DNA of 64,000 bases from Azolla caroliniana (GCA_043228905.1 JBHGNT010000005.1:8990001-9054000); one strand, 5' to 3'. Numbered from the stretch's first letter, positions 38,998-52,887 are shown. The notes: generated from the letters alone by a model not told the origin. Program-made: numbers and translations.

Positions 38998-39190
38998 CGG
39001 GTACCCCGGGTTAGGTGCATGCACCGAGTTAGGTTCGTGTACCCGGGTTAGGTTTAAGTATCCGGGTTAGGATCATGTACCCGGGTTAGGTTTAGGTGTT
39101 ACAAAATAGCTTGTCAGACTTGGGTTAGGTGTGACAGACCCGGGTTAGATGTGACAGAGGCTCGTCAGACCCCAGGTTGGGTTTTAGGCG
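38998..39190. repeat. Cluster of ~8 (A/C)CCGGGTTAGG(T) motifs, probably MULE subterminal repeats
   Basis: Motif recurs about every 20 bp just after the transposase remnant. Confidence 0.65.
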
Positions 39191-39315
39191 CGCGATTTTT
39201 GTGGATAGAGATTGAACGGTGCAGATCACACGCGCCATTCAAAACGTGTCCTGCACCGTCCGTGTCTGCGATTTCCTCACCGGGCCTAATTATGATTTGG
39301 CTCCAACGTACTCTC

Positions 39316-39346
39316 TACATACATACATACATGATACATATATACA

Positions 39347-39381
<35 letters not shown>

Positions 39382-39458
39382 CATTACATACATACATACA
39401 TACATGATTTGATTTGTTCTAACTTCTTATGTGTGCAAAGCACAAAAGAGTTTTAGCC

Positions 39459-39508
<50 letters not shown>

Positions 39509-39510
39509 CT
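39316..39510. repeat. (TACA)n and (CT)n/(GT)n microsatellites upstream of RLP24
   Basis: Directly visible. Confidence 0.9.
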
Positions 39511-39567
39511 GTATCTGCGTTTCTGCTGCTTCTGTGTCGCGGCGGCGGCAGTGACGACGACGAAACC

Positions 39568-42095
39568 ATGAGATTAGAGAAGTGTTGGTTCTGCTCTTCC
39601 ACCATCTACCCTGGCCATGGCATCCAGTACGTCCGCAATGATGCCAAAGTAAGCCTCTGTTCTCTGCTCTCCTCTCCTCTACACGTCTCTTAAACCCTAA
39701 TTGCATCCCCCTTTTTCTCTGGTTGTTTCTCTTCTCCTCCCCACCCTCCTCTTCCTATTCTTCTCCATTTTTTTCTATCCTACTTTGTTTGTTCATACGT
39801 CCCTTCCTCGTCCTTGTAGATCTTCAGATTCTGCAGATCGAAATGCCATAAGAACTTCAAAATGAAGAGAAATCCTCGAAAGGTGAAGTGGACGAAAGCT
39901 TACCGCAAGCTTCATGGTAAAGAACTCACTCAGGTATGTTTTACTGGTTCGAAAACATCCCGACCAATTTCTGTTCAAATCAGAGTTCTCAGCTCAATTG
40001 ATGAAAAGATTAAGTGAGAAGAAAGAAGATTAATTTCTATTTAACTGATAAAGGTTATGCGGGAAGAAAAAATTTGTGAGGATGCCATGTTCTGCCTTAT
40101 TCTTCAGTCTTATTTGTATTTATTATTTCCATCTCTAGCAATAATTATGGTTTTACCTAGTCCAACCTTTAACCAATAAAGGTTATGAAGAAAGATTTTA
40201 GTGAGGATACTGCATTATTTTATAATCGAAACTCGCATCTAATTTTAGTTGCACAGAAATAGGATGAATTGCGATCAGTAGATTAATGTTTTAACTAGGA
40301 CGATGATAAGCAGATTTGGTTTTTTTTTTATACCAATCATTGAAATGGTCGACTTGCTGCAGAGGAATAATCATAAGAAATCTACCAGGGAAATATAAAT
40401 TTCATTCTCCAAAGGGAATATAACACTAGTGTTATTTTTCCTCATGTGCTAGGCAAACAGAATTCCCTAGGAAAATGGATTCTTCATTCTCCTAGGGTTC
40501 TCTTAGATTATAATACTAGTATTGTTATTCGACATGTGCCAATGAAACCAACTTCCCACACAAAGCAGGTCACTGCTATTTATGTAAGATTATCACCAGG
40601 ATATCTGGCATAAGAAAGGAACCACAATAGAAACCATGATGAAATAGCATTGAGATATTTACTTAGTTCTTGCAGAAGTTTTCTGGTATTATGCCTTTTT
40701 GCTATAGTGTTGGTTGTAAATTTAAATTGACACGGATGGTTCTTCATTATCCTAGGGTTCTCTTCGAATATAATACTAGTATTGTTATTCGACATGTGCC
40801 AATGAAACCAAACTTCCCTCACAAAGAAGGCCACTGCTATTTATGTAAGATTATCGCCAGGATATCTGGTATAAGAAAGGAACCACAATAGAAACCATGA
40901 TGAAATAGCATTGTGATATTTGCTTAGTTCTTGAATTGTTCTTGCGGAAGTTTTCTGGTATTGTGCTTTTTTGCAATAGTGTTGGTTGTAAATTTGAATT
41001 GACGGGGATGGTGGAAAAGAGGTTTCGAACTTTATTCCTAATTTGGTAAATGGGGGAAAGATGAGATCAATAAATCAATTTGTTATGCTTGTTATTGAGC
41101 TTTATAGATGATGAATGTAATTATAATTCTTGCCATACAATTAAGAAGTTAAATTGCTAATTGTGTGCATTACATCAGGATGCAACATTTGAGTTTGAGA
41201 GGAAACGCAATAGACCAGAGCGCTATGACAGGAACGTTGTTGCCAGTGCTGTTAAGGCTATGAAGAAGATTGAAGAGATTCGACTTAAGAGGGAAGAGAA
41301 GTTCTGGGAGAGCAGGTAACATTTGTGCTAGCCATTAAAATTTAGATGGTGGTAGTTTTGTTGGATAAAGCATAAAGTATTGTATGATTAAGTTCAAGTG
41401 AACAATTTGATTTTTGGAGGTTTTAAATATTAATTACTGTAACCTGAAGGATGTCTATAGAGCCTCACTTGCTACAGTGTCTAATAACTATTACACATCT
41501 GATAATCCATACATCAATATTTATACAGTACACACATAATATGTGCAGCATGGGTGTATATGTGTATGCACATACAACATATAATGCATTGAAGCATGTG
41601 TATGTATGCTTATACTAATGTGCATACATATCACATACTTGATTGTGCTATACGTGTACGTGTATGTATGTGCATACCACATTATAAATGTATGTACATG
41701 TGTATACATATACATATTTTAAAAAAGCTCTATGTGCATGTACTTTTTTGAGAGGCCTAGGCCTAGGCCTTTCAGTTGAGACCAGTGTATGGGAATCTTT
41801 GAGAAACGATCCACCTTCGATGATGCTATTGCTTCCTGTCAAAGTTCACCCAATGGCTATTCAAAGAAGCATGTGTGAACTTATTATCTTGTTTCTTAAT
41901 TTCATTCATCACAGGATGAAGGTGAAGAAGGAAAAGAAGGCAGCTGCTTTAGAACTGGAGCAAAATATACATTTGGTGAAGGCCCCACTTGCCTTGCAAG
42001 AAGACCCAAGCTTGACCCTTCCAAAGAAGAAAGAGAAGTTAAAGGTGCGAGTCGAGGCTTCAAAGGTAGAGGAGTCCAGATCGATGGAAGAGTGA
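39568..42095 (+). CDS. RLP24: Ribosome biogenesis protein RLP24 (eL24-like), 170 aa; exons 39568-39648, 39820-39933, 41179-41315, 41915-42095
   Basis: [18 protein letters not shown]…[28 protein letters not shown]…[16 protein letters not shown]; GT-AG introns; 513 nt in frame. Confidence 0.95.
40481..41010. repeat. ~260-bp tandem duplication in RLP24 intron 2
   Basis: Units start TCTTCATT(C/A)TCCTAGGGTTC at 40481 and 40741. Confidence 0.9.
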
Positions 42096-43686
42096 TCTTT
42101 ACTCTCATTTGTTATTTAGGGTGTAAGACCAATGTTTCCCTTACACTTTTGAGAGGATAAATCATATGGCTTGATTCTCATGTAAGTTGGCAGAGCATTA
42201 GAATCTGTTTGCTCTTTCTCCAGGTCAAACTGTCAAGCTGTAAACACAGGGAATGTACTCTTTTTACACATGGATGTGGGGAAACACATTGGTTAATCAA
42301 TCCAGAATTGAGATTTTTGTTTTGGTTGGTAGGATACAAGTTTGTTTACATAAGATTTTTGCTGAGTTTATGGGTTTTTTACTTCCCACTTTTTGTCACC
42401 TAATTCTTTAGAAGACATTCATTTGTATGTTTTATCTATTAAAATGTGTTAGTTAAGATTTTTTATGAGGACAGTCATTAATGCATCTATTAAAATGTGT
42501 CAATTAAGGATTTGCATGAGAGAAGTCCTCAATAAATGTATCTACAGATAAAAATCATCTAGAAACTAGTTTTCTGAAATTCTTGGAAAAGAGGGATTTT
42601 TTAAAATGTGCACATATTGTATCTATAGATAGATGGATGGAGATATATCTATCAATCTACAGATGTATCCACCAATATATCTATGTCTATTTGTAGAAAC
42701 TTGATCAAAAAATCTGTGTAAAGAATTGTGAAGAGTGTCGTTGAAAATATGCTTGCTCATCACATGTAGCTTTGCAAGAAGTGAGAAGAGGCAAATTGCA
42801 ATGACAAACGTCACTGTGGTGCCCATAAAGCTAGTTGCTAGGATTCAATATGCAAGTCGTGATTCAAGCATGACTGACTAATGAACCATGGTACAAAATT
42901 GATTTACCTGCAAGATTTGTCTGACTTGGTTATGAGGATGGTTGTCTGATTTGGTTATGTGCCTGGGTCTGTGGTCATTTTATAGATGCACTGCATCTAT
43001 TTTTGGTGAACAGAACAAATCTACAGGCTTTATAGTAACAAAACATATGACAGGAAAAGAGTACTCTCAATGCTTTCAGTTTCATTATTATAAGGCACAA
43101 TGTCAACATTGATGCGGCTAGCAACTACTCCTATATACTTGATTGAACAGGGGTTTTAATGTTTGATTGTATGATTTAAAATGGTTGTTTGTTAATTTCA
43201 AATTTTCAGCTTTTCAGTAAAATCCATCCTTTTATCATACCAAACAAACATTTATACACACACTGGAAAGCATCAATAACATTTTACTAACTAATCTCTC
43301 AATTGAGTTGTCCTCTCTTATATTAATGTGAAACCATCCTCTCTGCATAAGGTAAATCCCCCTAACATGTCATTGAACAATTGCAATTAAAAAGTTGCAA
43401 AGTAACCATTTTACACAACCATTGCACCAGTAAGAACTCAACATATCCATCAAAAAATTGGAAGTGACATTTTACTCAATTGCATAAAAAAACTTGTAAA
43501 AATCATAGGCCATTTTCACTCACTTTATTCATTGCAAAAACTTTAACATTGATGCCAAAGGTAACTTTTTACAGACTTTTGTTTTCAGAAGGACTTTGAG
43601 GCAGTAACATTGTTGACTTCCCATTATATCCAGTTAAAACAACTCTTGTAATTTTCAAATTTGAGCTAAAGAATTCCTTGGCCCTT

Positions 43687-46414
43687 TCAGACTGAGCAAC
43701 ATAGCTTTGAGTCAATGGATGCCAGGCAAATGCCAAAAGCTTGGTATGCATTCAGTGGAAAGCTGTTAGAAATCCAAATCCATCTTTAGGCACAAAAAAA
43801 TCTAACTCCCCTATCATGAGGGGTCCCATTGGAATCTTATTAGTATTAGAAATACATCAATATGATACACTTAGCAAGAACTGTGTTTATTACCGGTATT
43901 CCATGACATATTTGGAGTTTCCGACCTTTCCATGTTGCAAGATTACTTGTTTCCCATGTTCCTGAATGAAAAATTATAAAAAAATACTTACCAAAAAATT
44001 ATGTCCAATAACAACAAAAGTTTGGTAAAATGAGCACCTCCATGACTAGTTGGAAGTTCTTCGATGAGGTTTGAATCTTGTATCCACCTCTGGTTCGATC
44101 TCGATAATCTAATTCATATCGTCTCAATAGCTGTAAGACATGAGAAAAAAGCAGCAGCAAGTGATCTCATACATAAGCTTTGGTAGACTCAAAGTCATCA
44201 ACCGCTAGAATATGAGAGCATGATAGCTTGGTTACCCTATTATAGTGAGGTTTTCGTGAACAAAGCTCATATGCTTGGCTAGAGTTTCCCTCCCAACCTT
44301 TAGGAAGCCCCACAGGATCATGCTGCAAGTTAGACAATCAAAAATTATTCACAGAGACACAAACTACAATGAATAAATTTCATAAACATAGGATTTCCAT
44401 TTGCCAGCTTCTTATCTCACTCTTGCTACTCTCTCATTGGCCAATTTTGGCCTTAGAAGATGTTAATATACCTTTCTTTCTTTCTCATAATAGCCAGGAA
44501 TGGCTATATGGTTCGGTAACCATTTGCAACATCCCCCCCTTCCCATCTGACTACAACATCAACAATATCTCCACATTCTCTCATTTAAACATGAAAAGTT
44601 TACCTGGGTGGTTCCACTAGTATTCATATATAGAGATTTGTACTTCGGAACATAAACCCGCATGACCTTAAAGGCACCCGTAAATGTAGTTATGGTTGGC
44701 TCAAACCTGGTTCAAATAAAAGATTAACGAATGGCCAATTAAATCATAATGCTCCACATATCACATTACACTAAAGAAAACATCAAGTACTGTAATATAC
44801 ATTACGACACCAAGTTGATGTCTGCATCCTTGATATTTACGCTCTGAAGAAGACATCTGCAACAAATTCTTCTTGTTACATGGAAACATGATTTATGTCA
44901 TGTAGACATTATTATTGTTATACATAATCCGCACGATAGAAAGATTGGTCCTGATACATACCTCATCCCAAATGGAATAGCGCGAACCGACAATGTTCGC
45001 TGTGACTTGTCCAAGTAAGCCTTCTTCACACTTGGAACCAAGAAATACTCTGGCCCCATGCTGGCTGATGACAAACTCAGACCGCCCAGATCTCCATCTA
45101 TGCCGAGCAACAGCAAGCTTCCTGTCTTGTCTCCCATGTCCTTCCTGTATAAAGAAACAACCATAACTATAAGAGAACAATCATGAGAATACCAACAATT
45201 CATTCCCAAAAAATGTGAAAGCTATGTATATATAATACATCTGTATAAAGAGAGTAGACTATAGGGCCATCTCCAGCTGATCCCTCTCTTTCACGAACTA
45301 TGTAGCATGCGCATCGGCCAACATCTAAAGGCAAGGGCCTACATAGTAAGTACCTGGTGAGTAAACATAAAACCGAACATCAATGATGGATTGAAATTCC
45401 ACTAATGCATGCATGTGAAATAGACTAAATCCATGAAGGAAAAGAAACTATTATAACTGTCACAGGAAGTTCGGGGCATTTCTCATTCCCAATTTCTTAC
45501 ATTGTTCAAAAATATGAGCTTTGACCTCAGATGGAAAACCAAAGCAAATCCATTAATTAATATAAAACGTTTTTGGACATTTTCCATGTGGGAAAGAGCC
45601 CACGTTCTCTCATATTTCTCTTCAATCTTCAACATTATGAGCTTCTACAAGCAACATCTGCACACTGTATGGTCTGCCTTGCCTTCAGAAGCTCATAATG
45701 TTAGCGAGCAATCAGCAGTATGAGAGAAACAGTTGGAAAATATCCATATCTAGAGTTCTTGTGAATATTCCAATTGTAATACCGATTTCCAAGAGAAGAC
45801 CAAGAAGATAATGGGGCAGCATCACAACTAGAATCATCGTCCCAAACATGCCGAGGACACAGAGGAGTAGGAGATTTGATGAGCAAAGAATTAGGTTCTT
45901 CTTTGTTGTTGTGTTCACGCTTCCCACACAAAACATGTGAATGATGTTGCTCTTTCGGGATACTAAATGCCGAGGAATTCAAATCACGTGCAATACTATT
46001 CCACGTAGGCTTTACTGATGCAATAATATTCCCTGACAATGCAGTCAGTGGCTCTCTTGAGCCTACGCTTTGGGTTTCTAATGAATTCATAACATCGCCT
46101 GTACTCCGGCTATATTCTATTGCTATAAAGCCTTTAGGGCAAGGCTCTTCTTCTTCTACAATATACTCTAAAATGGATCGTTGAGTATGGGCTCTATTAC
46201 TACGAATGAGTATAGGTGGCTTGTTTTCTTTTGCCACCTCTAATCTTTCGCATACCACTGAAGTTCCCCTACAAAGATGAAGACCTGACGATTGAGTGGC
46301 TGGCTTGTTGTAGTTCTCTGGCATCGAAGAATCAGCACTAAGAGATGGGCTTGTGGTATACAATGATTTGTATATCTGCTGAGGGGAGAAGAAAGATCTC
46401 TTGAATTTTGACAT
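43687..46414 (-). CDS. TLP8: Tubby-like protein of the TLP8 (F-box-less) type, ~470 aa; exons 46414-45783, 45353-45239, 45144-44962, 44856-44801, 44706-44604, 44322-44236, 44130-44038, 43961-43894, 43762-43687
   Basis: LLCRPLPLDVGRCACYIV, EGHGRQDRKLAVA, TANIVGSRY, SSKNFQL, QAFGICLASIDSKLCC; all GT-AG, 1413 nt in frame. The start codon is inferred. Confidence 0.9.
44432..44488 (+). mobile_element. ~50-bp 3'-terminal fragment of the LINE family, in a TLP8 intron
   Basis: GGCCAATTTTGGCCTTAGAAGATGTTAATATA plus (CTTT)n matches the reverse complement of 55785-55836; TCTCAT on both sides. Confidence 0.75.
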
Positions 46415-46564
46415 TTCAGGATTCTTGATTAATTTCAAGAAAACTGCTGCCCAGACAAAATGCAATCCCTTAATGAAATCAACCTAAATTCAAGAACTCT
46501 GATTAATTTGAGAAAATGTTTCTTTGACCAACACTCAATTTAATCTATGTTCAGGAAATATAAC

Positions 46565-46870
46565 ATTTTTTGCCCAAACCCTAATTCTCTCTGAATTTAA
46601 CTTAAATTCGAGGCCTTAGATTAAATCAGGTAATATTTTTCTGGCCAAACCCCAATCCTCTATGAATTTAACCTGTATCCGACCGTATTTTCCCCAGCCC
46701 TAATAATGCTCTCTAACCTAAATTGCAATATCTCCTCTTGGCCAAACCCTAATCTTCTCCGAATTTTAACCAAAATTCAATATTTTGGGGTGCTAACCCT
46801 AATCCTCTCTGAGTTTAACCCACAATTCCAAAACATATTCCTATCCGAATTTGATCCAATATTCTAAAAC
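46565..46870. repeat. Degenerate 50-70 bp repeats containing telo-box-like AAACCCTAAT, upstream of the TLP8 CDS
   Basis: CCAAACCCTAAT(T/C)CTCTCTGAATTTAAC-like units at ~46574, 46644, 46742, 46794. Confidence 0.65.
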
Positions 46871-47351
46871 CTATCTCTGGAATGAATATTACTAATAATG
46901 GGCTCCTTATGTAATAACCAACCAATGTCTGCACAACAAATCAAGGCTAATCTATATTATATCATACTATGATCGATAACAACGTAGCAGACTAAACCTT
47001 TCCAACATGAAAGTCCTACATTCAATGCTTAACAACAGAAAATGATTATGGCTTACAGGTTTTTGTATTTATTTTTTTTGTCTGAATACAGCAATAATAA
47101 TTGTATATTTTCGTGGTCACGACTCACGTGACTCTCAAATGGAGAATAGGAAGTCTACAGTGGATGAAGGGGGTATCACGTGACAGTAGAAAAGCTTTTC
47201 GAAAAAACTGGACATGAAGGTACATTTCGATACAGAAAAACACAGAGAGAGAGAGAGAGAGAGAAACAGAAATCAAATAATAGTTTACAGAGAGAAGAAA
47301 GCAGAAGGAGACAGAGAAAAGAAAAACATATTTACAGAGGGAAGAAAGAGA

Positions 47352-47389
<38 letters not shown>

Positions 47390-50026
47390 GATCTTGTTCC
47401 TTCTCTGTTTCTGATGCGACGCGTGGATCGAGGATGAATCAGAAATGCAGAGAATGGATTCTCGTGCCCTGCAGCAGGCAGCAGCAGCAGCAGCAGAACC
47501 TCTGTTCTCCTTCTGCTTTTCTTTTTCGTTTTCTTTTCACAGGGTGAGGAATTTAGGGTTTCAGGCGGGCTAATAAACCCTAAAAACAGGACCTGTCACT
47601 TTATGCATACATACATACATATGTATATATATCAATATGTAATCATGTATATGTATGTAAGTACATACATGTGTTTCAACAAGAAGACCAAAAGCTAAGA
47701 ATGAATGGGCTAAGCTTTTATCTCAATGCCATGGCAATGGGCAGGCGGGCAGGCGGGCGGACAAACAAACAAACGCAGCCATGAGCCCTCCTCCTGACCG
47801 TGTGCTTCTACCCTCCATTACATACTTACTTATATGTGTCCCATGGCCTTCCTGGAAGGACCATGCACTCCATTTTAATGGCATATTAGACGGACCACAC
47901 TCGCACGCGTGCAAGCTTGCCATTATTTGTGCCGACATCTGCCTTTTCAAAGAGCGATCCCTCTTATCACTTCTGATCTCTGTAGCGTGGGAAATGTGTC
48001 CATTTCGATGTCAAAGAGTAAAGTGCTTGTGTGGTGGAACTTGTAACTAGAAGAAGTTAAAATGAGTCAACCCAAACCTAGTGGTTTAAACTTGAACCCA
48101 TGAGCTTTACCACCACATCCTTTTAATATATAAAATTTGGGCATGTTTACTTGGGAATGTAGAGTAGTTAATGATACATGGAAAGTTAAATATTAATTAA
48201 GGCCTATGTTTTCATGTTTTGCTTTGGCATGCAATGTCTTGTTTTAACACCATCCCATCGTTTTGTTCTCGAGAAACTTGTGTGGAGAGCACACTTAACT
48301 TAAGTTTCATGGGGTTCTCCATTGATCTATACTTCAATACCTGCTTTTGCTTCAATTAAGCCAATAAATTTCTATTTTTTAGACAATGTTCAGCTCCCAA
48401 TAAGCCCCCATCACAAGATGTGGTTAGCTTTTGCCCCATTGTTTTTTATTTCAAGCAATGTATTCATGCTATTAATAAAATATTGTAAGATTTTATTGGA
48501 GATGCACTACAATATACCTTGTTTTGGATTTTGTGTTGATCAAGTCACACCTTACTTATTCTATAGATATGGGGGGATCCCGAATGTAGAGAATCTTTAA
48601 CATAGTTTAAGCACTTCTAGAAAGATTTGAAAAGACTTTGGGTGTTAGGATTAAGATTCTGCGAAGAGTACTTTCGAAAAGGCTTCTTGGTTTGGTTTAT
48701 GGGTATATTGTCTGAATTTGAAGTTGGCGTCATATTCTAAGCTAGGCTTGCAACAAAATATCTCGATTCTCAATATTTAAAAATGTGATTGTGAGCGTGT
48801 ATTGATCTAATCACCATTCAAATAGCAAACATGTGGAAATAAAGAAAGAGAATGTCTGCACTATAAGTCAAGAGTAATATATCCTATTAATACATATCCA
48901 GACAACACACCATGATTGTGGTGACCCTTTTTGTACATGAGGACCACTAGTTCTCCTTCTCATACTTATGTGATATGTACATGCATAATCAATCATTTTT
49001 TAAACTTGGTCGACTCTTTGTCGTCCACATATGTACTCATTGGAAAAGCCAAACCTAGTCATGTGCAAAGAGAGTGTACTCATGAACATTAAATGACCCA
49101 TCCACAAAAATTCTATTATAGTGATGACAATCAATGTTTAGAAGAGGACTTGGAGTAAAGATAAGATTATGTTGAGGTTCACGAGCCACCCCTTTGATTT
49201 TCACCCCTATGTAAACCATACTCATTGTTTCTTGTTATTATTAACATAGTGCCCATAGTCCGAAATTGTCATCATTCATACACATGATATCAAGTTTTAG
49301 CCTCTCGAATCATGTTCATGTTCTATGATTCCATGGCACAATAAATCATCATCACCATTTTAAACTTTTATCTAAGTCTTTATTCCTTACTTGAAACGGG
49401 TAGCTTGTTTATGGTCACGAGTCACAACCATGAATCATTATTCCAATCCACAATCTTGAAAGTTCCATCGTAACTCATCAAAAGCTTCATGACTTTTGTT
49501 GCTAAATCTTTCCTCAAATATCATATCATGATCAATCACATGGCAAAATATATGTTTTAATCAAGTTGATTAAGGAGTAACACTTGACAGACAACTCATA
49601 TTATATGTATCCCATGTTAGTGCATCTTTTTGAAAATGCCAAAACAATACTTAAAGTTGAACAAAGTCAATTTACTTTTTGCCATATTCTTTGTTAATCT
49701 TATATCGGAAGTTATAGTTGTAACGGGTTTACATGAGCCAAGGTCTGTAAACAACAACAAACTATAATTAAAGAGGACCCAAACTTTGAAAGCTCAAGAC
49801 ACGAATCATCCAAAATTTCCTTAGTAATCTATTGGTCGCTGATTTTTTACTTTTTGTAAGGACAAAATATTTTGCAACTTTATTTGTAGATGTTGTAACT
49901 TGTTATGCTTACACTGCTATGTGTTCTTGAAGTCATATTCCATGGATTCCAAAATATTCGAAATATTGACCTCACAAGGCAAAACAAACAAAGTTGTATG
50001 GGTGGCATGGGACAATGCAACATAGA

Positions 50027-50060
<34 letters not shown>

Positions 50061-50899
50061 CACATGTGTGGGGAGATTATTGAGATAAAGGGAGTACAAA
50101 ACATAGGGAGATTAAATTGAAAGGAAGATTTTTTTTAAATGCTTCATATAAGGGTAGCATCAAAAGAAATTCTTGTGATTGCTAAAGAATATCATAGGTT
50201 GTCAAAAGGAACTTGAAGAAATGCCAAAGGGTGCAAAAACGATTTGACTCCATATTAAAATCTAGTAGTTTGTATACATCATTTACGATAGTAATAGTCA
50301 ATCATAATTAAAATATACTTATGTATAGATAATTTGTAACGATCCGAATCCATTTAAAAAAATTCAAACCTCAATGGTCTAGTACAAAAATTCTCGTGAA
50401 ACATTGCCCTAGGTTTAAGCCAATATCCAACGTCTCATATATAATAAGTTCCGCTTGACCTCAAGTTTATGCTAGAGAAAAACATTATTTACAAATTCAA
50501 TGCAGCACCAAACATCACATACTAGAGTATGTATATACATGCGAAACTATGTTTGTTCCTTGTATATTTATTTCAATGAGCACTTCCTTACACATAAAGA
50601 GTTGGGCTCAACTATATATCCCCATTCGTGTATGTTTGTACATGTGAAACTATGTTCATGCATTGTATATTTGTTTCTATTAGTAAGTACTCCCTTATGC
50701 ACAAATAGTTGAACTCAACTATATTTCCCCATTAGCAATATACACAAATATGGCCAAACCAAATTGCCATGCTTTTTCCAAGTGTAGTATCCATTGGCAT
50801 GCATAAATAATATCAAGCCACCTTTAATAGTAAAATATAATAGGTAATAATCAAACATTACCCAACAATTAGCATACAAAAAATCACTACCAAGTTTAT

Positions 50900-51938
50900 T
50901 GTTACGGACATAGCCATAAATTATCCCATGGTAAGTTATATCGTAGTATTCTACACACGAGGATAAAGTGTGAAGGAGGGATCGGCAACAGTTCGGTTTA
51001 GGCTTAACCGGTTTGGCCTTATCGAAGCCAAATCGGTTAAGCCTAAACCGTTTTGGGGTTCTCAAACCTGAACCAAACCAAACCAATCCCTAAACCGGTT
51101 TAGGCTAAATCGGTTTGTGAACCGGCTTGGGAACTGGCTTGGAAACCTCCGTCCCTCCGCCCTTCTCTCTCTCTCTCACGTTAGTGTAGTCTCCCTCTCC
51201 CTCCCTCCCTCCCTCCCTCTCTTCTCTTTGTAGTCTCTCTCTCTCTCTCTCTCTCTCAAAGTTTATAACTAATTTCTAACTTTGAAGTTTTTCTTTAACC
51301 TAACTAGTAAACCACATAAACGGCTTAACTGGTTTGGCAAAGCTCAAGCCAAGCTGAACCGAGCTCAAACCGTTTAGTCAAGCTCAAGCCCGAGTCGAGC
51401 CGTTAAGCCGTTTTAAACCGTTTTAGCTCAACAGTTTAGGCTTGAGCAGAGCTGTTGCCGATCCCTAGTGTGAAGGTTAATTGAGACAAGCTCAAGCCCG
51501 AGTTGAGCCGCTAAGCCATTTTAGCTCAATGGTTTAGGCTTGAGCCGAGCCGTTGCCGGTCCCTAGTGTGAAGGTTAATTGAGAGACTAAGGAAGGGAGG
51601 ATTACTTTTAATCCTAGGAATTGAGACAACCCATGAGGGCCAAGTGTGACTTGCATGGAGTCTAGTTATAAATATGAGGCCTAACTACCCTCATTAGGCA
51701 TGTCATGTAACTATGTTGAGACTGTGATCGAGTGGTGATCAAACTCTTATAGCAAGTGCGCTAGTACCAGGTATGACTTGATGCCAAGGCGGTGGTATGA
51801 GACGCCAATCAAGGCTTGTGTCCGTCTTGATCCCTTCAGGGTGTTCGTGTGTATCGACACCCTTCTTTCTCTCTCTTTTCTTATCTATCTATATTATATT
51901 TCCTCATTTCATGCTTACATTAGGATTAAGCTCTAACA
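50900..51938 (+). mobile_element. Old solo LTR related to the element B LTR, TSD TTTAT, interrupted by a MITE
   Basis: TGTTACGG…CTAACA; TTTAT at 50895-50899 and 51939-51943; shares GGAGGATTACTTTTAATCCT, GAGACAACCCAT and GAGGCCTA.CTACCCTCATT with the B LTR. Confidence 0.88.
50976..51467. mobile_element. Non-autonomous hAT-type element (MITE), 492 bp
   Basis: TIR (T)AGGGATCGGCAACAG / CTGTTGCCGATCCCTA, 8-bp TSD GTGTGAAG (50968-50975, 51468-51475), AACCG/GAGCCG subterminal repeats. Confidence 0.88.
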
Positions 51939-52887
51939 TTTATGTTGGATCAAGCATCACTCACTAGCTTCATGTGACACCAAATACGATATACTCTGGT
52001 GTATTTGTTGCATGATGGTAACTGTGGTGGTGAAAATGCTTAGCTAAATGAAAATGGAGTTGTGTTCTAGCATTCAGATGAAGTCTCCATCATTATCTCA
52101 AATGCCAATTGAAAATTGAACTTGTTGACGGGAAATATTAGGTACAACATGATATAACAAAAATAGAAAGAAATATGGAGGTTTTTTGCTAAATATCGAC
52201 GATTGCTTATTAATGTTTCCAACTATTTGCATACATGAAAAGGCAACTTGGACAATAGGTAAAGATCACTTCAAAACTTTCCTTTGTGTGAAATCGTGAA
52301 ATTTTTGACTTGTTTTGGACACTAGCTATGTTAGATCAAGGGTCATATTCATGGTTTAAAGTTAAATACAATGATAACTAGAGAATTTGTGAGACAATGC
52401 AAGAAACTATATTAAAATACAAAGGAGTTAAATTGTTGACTCTTGACCTATCACTTAAACAATTTTTACAGTAAAATGTTCAAATTACAATAATGACCAC
52501 ATATATAGATATTCTATGTCCACATGTAGGAGGTAGATGCAAGGCTATTTCCCAAATTTTGGCTAGAATGTGAATTGTGATATGCTCTCCACTAGCTTTT
52601 CCTTGAAAATTTTCTCATCTCTTGGTGCCAAAATTTATTTTTATGTTCATATGTACTCCTCATTCTTTGAATTTTGAGTTCAGTGCCTAACTTGTTTCAA
52701 ATACATTTTCGTCTCTCCTTGTGATAGTTTCTTGTCAACCCCTAATTTAGAGGAAGAGTCTTTCAAGGGTTTGAAAATAGTACCATGAATGACATTGATG
52801 GTAGCTTGGTGAGCATTTTTGTTATCATATTTGGCTCATTGTTATATTTCAAAATTCTTTTTATCATATGACATTTCCCAGGATGAA

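Noticed and set aside
38998-39190. Interstitial telomere
   Set aside because: Motifs are spaced by 8-20 bp of other sequence rather than forming contiguous TTTAGGG/TTAGGG arrays.
40620-40960. Intronic C/D snoRNA pair in RLP24 (ATGATGA in both repeat units)
   Set aside because: No properly placed CTGA box D or terminal stem was found.
48900-49600. Highly decayed gypsy integrase remnant on the minus strand (SYDGTFKI, GPF-like)
   Set aside because: A single weak motif with no boundaries; needs a profile search before it can be called.
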